From Dehalococcoidia bacterium (lineage in GTDB: Bacteria; Chloroflexota; Dehalococcoidia; Plut-88900): a stretch of DNA of 64,000 nucleotides. A program made the position numbers and the translations under genes. The notes beneath the pieces are model-generated. The model did no database searches. It was not told where the DNA came from and saw only the letters and a program-made list of their open reading frames with translations. The stretch is from the NCBI GenBank assembly GCA_965197645.1, contig OZ240219.1, forward strand, positions 1,792,001 to 1,856,000, read 5' to 3'. This document shows positions 59,605 to 64,000 of this stretch, in pieces. Numbering within the stretch: position 1 is the first letter of the stretch; each line of letters starts with the position of its first letter.

Positions 59605-61980
59605 ATGAGCAGCAAGCATCCGGTACCAAGAGCGCTGGGACACCTCCGGGTGCTGGACCTAGCCGGGCCCGAAGCCCAGCTCTGCGGGAAGCTTCTGGCG
59701 GACATGGGCGCCGACGTGATAAAGGTCGAGCCACCCGGCGGAGACCCGGCGAGACGCATGGCCCCCTTTGCCGGCGATGAGCCGGGCCCCGATACCAGCC
59801 TTCATTTCCTGTACTACAACGCCAACAAGCGAAGCGTGGTGCTGGACCTGGAGTCGGATGCGGGCCTGGAGGATTTCAAGCGTCTGGCATCCAGCTCCCA
59901 GATACTGATAGAGTCCTTCGCGCCGGGATACCTGGAAGGCCTCGGTATCGGGTACGAGGAGTTGAGGCGAATCAATCCACGGCTGGTGATGACATCCATC
60001 ACCTCCTTCGGCCAGACCGGTGCCCATAGAGACTATCTGGGATCGGACTTGGTGGCCCAGGCGATGGGCGGGATCATGTACGTCCAGGGCGACGATCAGA
60101 GGGCGCCCTGCGCCGCGCCCTCCATCCAGGCTTACCAGGTAGCCTCGTTGCACGCCGCGTACGGAGTCCTAGCAGCGCTGAACGAAATGAGAGAAGGTGG
60201 GCGAGGACAGCACGTGGACGTCTCGGTGCAGGAGGTGATGGCCGGCATATTGTTCAGTCTCGCTACCTACGCTTCCAGCGGGAGGGTCGTGCGGCGGACC
60301 GGAGTAGCGTCGCCCATCGCACCGAGCAACTACTACAGGTGCAAGGACGGGTACGCGGTCCTCTCGGTTTTCATGGCCCATCACTGGCGAACACTGGTGG
60401 AGTGGATCGGGAAGGATGAGCTAGCAGACCCGATGTGGGAGGACTTCTACTTTCGCCTCGATAATCCGGACCTGATAGATCCCCACGTCGCGGAGTTCGT
60501 CGGGCAGTTCACCGTCGAAGAGCTGCTGGAGGAGGCCAACAAGCGCCACATCTCGGCCATGCGCTTCAACGATACCAAGGCCTACGCCGAGAGTGTTCAG
60601 GTCAAAGCGAGAAACAGCCTCATCGAAAGCCACCATCCGAGGATCGGTAAGCATCGATATCCGGTGAGCGGGTGCAAGTTCGGGGAAACGCCCTGGCAGC
60701 TGGCCAGGCCGGCGCCGATATTGGGTGAGCACCAGGATGAGGTCCTCCAAGGCCTGGCACCGATTTCGCCGGAAGAGTCGCTTCAGGCAGGGTCTGCACC
60801 ACCCCTCGAGGGCATTCGCATAATAGATTTCAGCCGTGTGTGGGCAGGGCCTATGGCCACTCGCTACCTGGGAGATATGGGCGCCGAGATCATAAAGATC
60901 GAGACGGAACGGTACCTGGACCAGGGCAGGAGCCCGACGGCCGTCGATCCGCTGTTCCCGGAGGTCAATCGAAGCAAGCTGGGAATCACCCTCGATTTCC
61001 AGAAGCGGGAGGGACGGGAGCTGGTGGAGGAGCTGGCCAAGGTGAGCGACGTGGTGATAGACAACTACTCGCCGGGGGTGCTGGCTCGGCGGGGCCTTGG
61101 CTATGAGCGGCTGAGAATGATCCGGCCCGACATCATCATGATAAGCATGCCGGCCTACGGCAACTACGGCCCCTACGCCGGGATGGTGGCCTACGGTCAT
61201 CAGCTCATGGCCTATACCGGCCTGTCCTATCTGTGGGGCCACCCGGAATCGCCTTACGAGGCGAGACCCAAGGTCCACTACCCCGACTTCGTATCGGCGC
61301 CTACCGCGGCGTTCGCCATTACGGCTGCTCTCGAGTACCGTTCTCGGACTGGCAGGGGCCAGTACATCGAGCTGGCCCAGGCGGAAGGGCTGGCGGCCTT
61401 TATGGGGGTGCCGCTGCTGGACTGGGAAGTGAACGGCCGCTCCTGGAAACCGATGGGCAGTCGCAACCGGAACGCCGCGCCTCGGGGATGCTACCCATGC
61501 GCAGGGGAGGACCGGTGGTGTGTCATAGATTGTTGGACGGAGGAGCAGTGGGAGGGGCTTCGGAGGGCCATGGGGCACCCGGATTGGGCGATGGACGCCC
61601 GGTTCTCGGAACTTGAGGTTAGATTAGAGAACCAAGTCGAGCTGGACGAGCACGTCGGGAGATGGACTGAGGGGTTCTCGCCCGACGAGGTTATGGAGAT
61701 GCTTCAACGGGAGGGAGTGCCCGCCGGGGTGGTGCAGTCCGGGGAGCAGATGTACTACGACCGACACCTTCGGGCGAGGGGTTTCCTGGTCGAGTTGGAA
61801 CACCCCAAGTGGGGAAGAACGGAGCACGCGGGGCGGCCGATACGGCTTTCCAACAGCTCGGGACCGATAAGGAGGCCCGTGCCGGCCCTGGGCCAGCACA
61901 ACGAGTACGTCTACCGCGACCTGCTGGGAGTAGCACCCGCCGATCTTGACCAGTTGGTTCAGGACAAGGTCGTAAACTAG
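59605..61980 (+). CDS. Tandem (double-domain) class III CoA-transferase
   Basis: LGHLRVLDL..GADVIKVEP..NANKRS and PLEGIRIIDFS..AGP..NRSKLGITLD; YPD in the second domain. Confidence 0.92.
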   Translation: MSSKHPVPRALGHLRVLDLAGPEAQLCGKLLADMGADVIKVEPPGGDPARRMAPFAGDEPGPDTSLHFLYYNANKRSVVLDLESDAGLEDFKRLASSSQILIESFAPGYLEGLGIGYEELRRINPRLVMTSITSFGQTGAHRDYLGSDLVAQAMGGIMYVQGDDQRAPCAAPSIQAYQVASLHAAYGVLAALNEMREGGRGQHVDVSVQEVMAGILFSLATYASSGRVVRRTGVASPIAPSNYYRCKDGYAVLSVFMAHHWRTLVEWIGKDELADPMWEDFYFRLDNPDLIDPHVAEFVGQFTVEELLEEANKRHISAMRFNDTKAYAESVQVKARNSLIESHHPRIGKHRYPVSGCKFGETPWQLARPAPILGEHQDEVLQGLAPISPEESLQAGSAPPLEGIRIIDFSRVWAGPMATRYLGDMGAEIIKIETERYLDQGRSPTAVDPLFPEVNRSKLGITLDFQKREGRELVEELAKVSDVVIDNYSPGVLARRGLGYERLRMIRPDIIMISMPAYGNYGPYAGMVAYGHQLMAYTGLSYLWGHPESPYEARPKVHYPDFVSAPTAAFAITAALEYRSRTGRGQYIELAQAEGLAAFMGVPLLDWEVNGRSWKPMGSRNRNAAPRGCYPCAGEDRWCVIDCWTEEQWEGLRRAMGHPDWAMDARFSELEVRLENQVELDEHVGRWTEGFSPDEVMEMLQREGVPAGVVQSGEQMYYDRHLRARGFLVELEHPKWGRTEHAGRPIRLSNSSGPIRRPVPALGQHNEYVYRDLLGVAPADLDQLVQDKVVN

Positions 61981-62024
61981 CGCGGGATAGGAGCTTCCCA
62001 GACCGGACGTGATTCCTTCTCTGA

Positions 62025-62633
62025 TCACGCTTCATGAGTTGAATGCCAGCCGTAACGTGAAGCTAACTGTTGGTGGGTATCGGTCAGCTTCCACATCCTG
62101 TCTTGCCGACTAGTGCTCCCTCCATCTTTTGACCCAAGAGACATGGTGAGCTCTCCCGCTGTAAAGGCATCGTCTCTGAATCCGATTTGCCAAGTGGAGC
62201 TGGTGATTTGCAAATCCGCAGGCGAGTCATTCTCCCTAGGATCGGTGAGTGCGAGATGCGCTCCCACCTTGTCCAGCCAGTTCTTAACGTGCGGTATAAC
62301 ACGATTAAGATAACCCATTGCCTTCTTGTTATCACCTCCATAACCAAGCCAGCCGATGGTCCTGACGTAGTCGCAAACAGTCACGGAGTACCACTTGAAA
62401 GCACAATAAATGAGTTGCCTTGGTACACCCTCAAGCCTAGGATCATTGCCATAAGACATGACTCGATACTTCTTAGTGCATAGATTACGCCGCACCTCAT
62501 TCTCTACTTTGCTAACCTGACAATTGAGGAAATCAAGACCTATAGCAAGATTTTGTAGAAGATCGAGTAGATTGTAATACCGATCTGCATCGGCGTCAGG
62601 CAATTCAAGATTGTCATCGCAGTCGATGATCAT
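62025..62633 (-). CDS. Hypothetical protein, AT-richer than its neighbours; possible HEPN-like fold
   Basis: 202-aa ORF; helical pattern; WLDKVGAH resembles Rx4H. Confidence 0.55.
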   Translation of the reverse strand: MIIDCDDNLELPDADADRYYNLLDLLQNLAIGLDFLNCQVSKVENEVRRNLCTKKYRVMSYGNDPRLEGVPRQLIYCAFKWYSVTVCDYVRTIGWLGYGGDNKKAMGYLNRVIPHVKNWLDKVGAHLALTDPRENDSPADLQITSSTWQIGFRDDAFTAGELTMSLGSKDGGSTSRQDRMWKLTDTHQQLASRYGWHSTHEA

Positions 62634-62685
62634 TGTGCCGCCACTGTGAGCGTTTCACTATCTGATTCCTCGACGGTCCAGTTAG

Positions 62686-64000
62686 TCACGGCACCACCTT
62701 GTACGTGCCCTTGGCCTGTTCGGGGGATACCAGGCCGTCCCGGACATCGTTCAGCACGGATTCTCGGTCCCGCTTGACGGGATCGTGGGCGCCGGCGCCG
62801 CTGGACCACTCGAGAGCCAGCTGGTCCTCCGCCGTTTCGATGGTGATGCTGCCCTTCTCGATGGAGTCGGGATTATCGCTTAGGACCTGGTCGTTGAGGA
62901 TGATGCGGGTACGCGTGCCGTCCTCGCCGCCGAAGATCCCAGTAGGAGGGAAGGACACCCGCTTGTTGGGGTGGAAGTAGATGTTGATCGGATCGGGATG
63001 AGAGGGCAGCTTGGACAGGACCACCCGCTGGCCCGGAGCTCCCCTGAACTGGCCCGCCCCGGCCGAGTCCTTGATGAACTCCTTGGCCACGACCACTGCC
63101 GGGCTGTTGACTTCGAACACCTCCACGGGGACGTTGGAGGCGCTGCTGGGAAACATGTTCTGTCCCATGCCGTCGCCTACGGGCGTGGCGCCCCGGCCGC
63201 CGCCGCAGAAGAGGTGGGCGTTGAAGACTCGTCCGTTGGCCTCGACGCCGTAGGTCTGTAGCGAAGACATCAGGCCGTTGCCCGACTGTATCTGGCCGGG
63301 CAGCGCCTCGGCCAACGCCTCGAAGATGGCGCCGTGAATGTACCAGCCGGTGTTGGTCCGAGAGCCCACCGAGACTGGGAAGGTACAGTTCATCAGGGAG
63401 CCTTCCTCGGCTACCACCGTGATCGGGGCGTAGCAGCCCTCGTTTACGGGGACCTCCGGGGTGAGCATGCAGGCCAGAGTGTACAGGCTGTGCCCTATGG
63501 TGTAGATGAGCGTGCAATTGAGCCCGCCGCTGTCCACCTGGGGAGACGAGCCGGTGTAATCGACCGTCAGTTCGTCGCCCTGGACGGTGATCTCGACGGC
63601 GACTTTCAGCGGAGTGCCCATGCCGTCGGTGTAGACCTCGTTGGCGTAGACGCCATCGGGCAGCTCCCGGATGCCTCTGCGCATGGCCGCTTCGGACCTG
63701 CCGCGGATGGCGGTGGAGAGGGCGGACAGGTCCTCGAGCTTGTACTCGTCGAGGAAATCCACCACTCGCTTGGCGCCTTCCTCGTTGGCCGCCACCTGGG
63801 CCTCGATATCGGTCAGGACCATTTCCGGGGCGCGCACGTTGTGGCGAAACATATCGAAGACCAGCTCGTTGGGCTTGTAGCCGTCGTACAGCTTGCATAT
63901 CGGGAAGAAGATGCCCTCCTCGTAGGAGTCCCGGACTGACTTGGGGTCCAGGGAGCCGCCTATGTCCGAGGTGTTGGCGATGTTGCCGGTGAAACCCACG
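62686..64000 (-). CDS. Hydantoinase B/oxoprolinase family protein (5' part outside window)
   Basis: SDIGG, EEG, NVRAP, DYTGSS, NEG, GGGRGA, PVEVFE, DSAGAGQFRG. Confidence 0.9.
   Translation of the reverse strand, partial: VGFTGNIANTSDIGGSLDPKSVRDSYEEGIFFPICKLYDGYKPNELVFDMFRHNVRAPEMVLTDIEAQVAANEEGAKRVVDFLDEYKLEDLSALSTAIRGRSEAAMRRGIRELPDGVYANEVYTDGMGTPLKVAVEITVQGDELTVDYTGSSPQVDSGGLNCTLIYTIGHSLYTLACMLTPEVPVNEGCYAPITVVAEEGSLMNCTFPVSVGSRTNTGWYIHGAIFEALAEALPGQIQSGNGLMSSLQTYGVEANGRVFNAHLFCGGGRGATPVGDGMGQNMFPSSASNVPVEVFEVNSPAVVVAKEFIKDSAGAGQFRGAPGQRVVLSKLPSHPDPINIYFHPNKRVSFPPTGIFGGEDGTRTRIILNDQVLSDNPDSIEKGSITIETAEDQLALEWSSGAGAHDPVKRDRESVLNDVRDGLVSPEQAKGTYKVVP

Overview
High-GC bacterial chromosomal segment; gene content and GAAC-N4-GTTC-type LexA boxes suggest Chloroflexota (Dehalococcoidia/SAR202-like), which is an inference. 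Bases 1-11.4 kb are a decaying genomic island abutting the 3' end of tRNA-Ala(GGC). It holds two related, outward-facing large serine recombinases (the right one 5'-truncated and reading through the tRNA antisense), a PP-loop/PAPS-reductase-like gene, XRE-HTH paralogs, several deletion scars and a 1630-aa repeat-scaffolded surface sulfatase. The rest is mainly metabolic: sucCD, CoA-transferases, amidohydrolases, acs, aceAB with a divergent LysR gene, and a PotBC-type permease fused into four TMDs with its lipoprotein. It also carries an ImuA-less imuB-dnaE2 SOS mutagenesis cassette with two small DUF6504-like genes and twin LexA-boxed promoters. Intergenic DNA carries MITE/REP-like elements and an orphan promoter-to-terminator unit (~49.34-49.67 kb) that may be an undescribed structured RNA or small-peptide gene. 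No CRISPR array or rRNA was seen.
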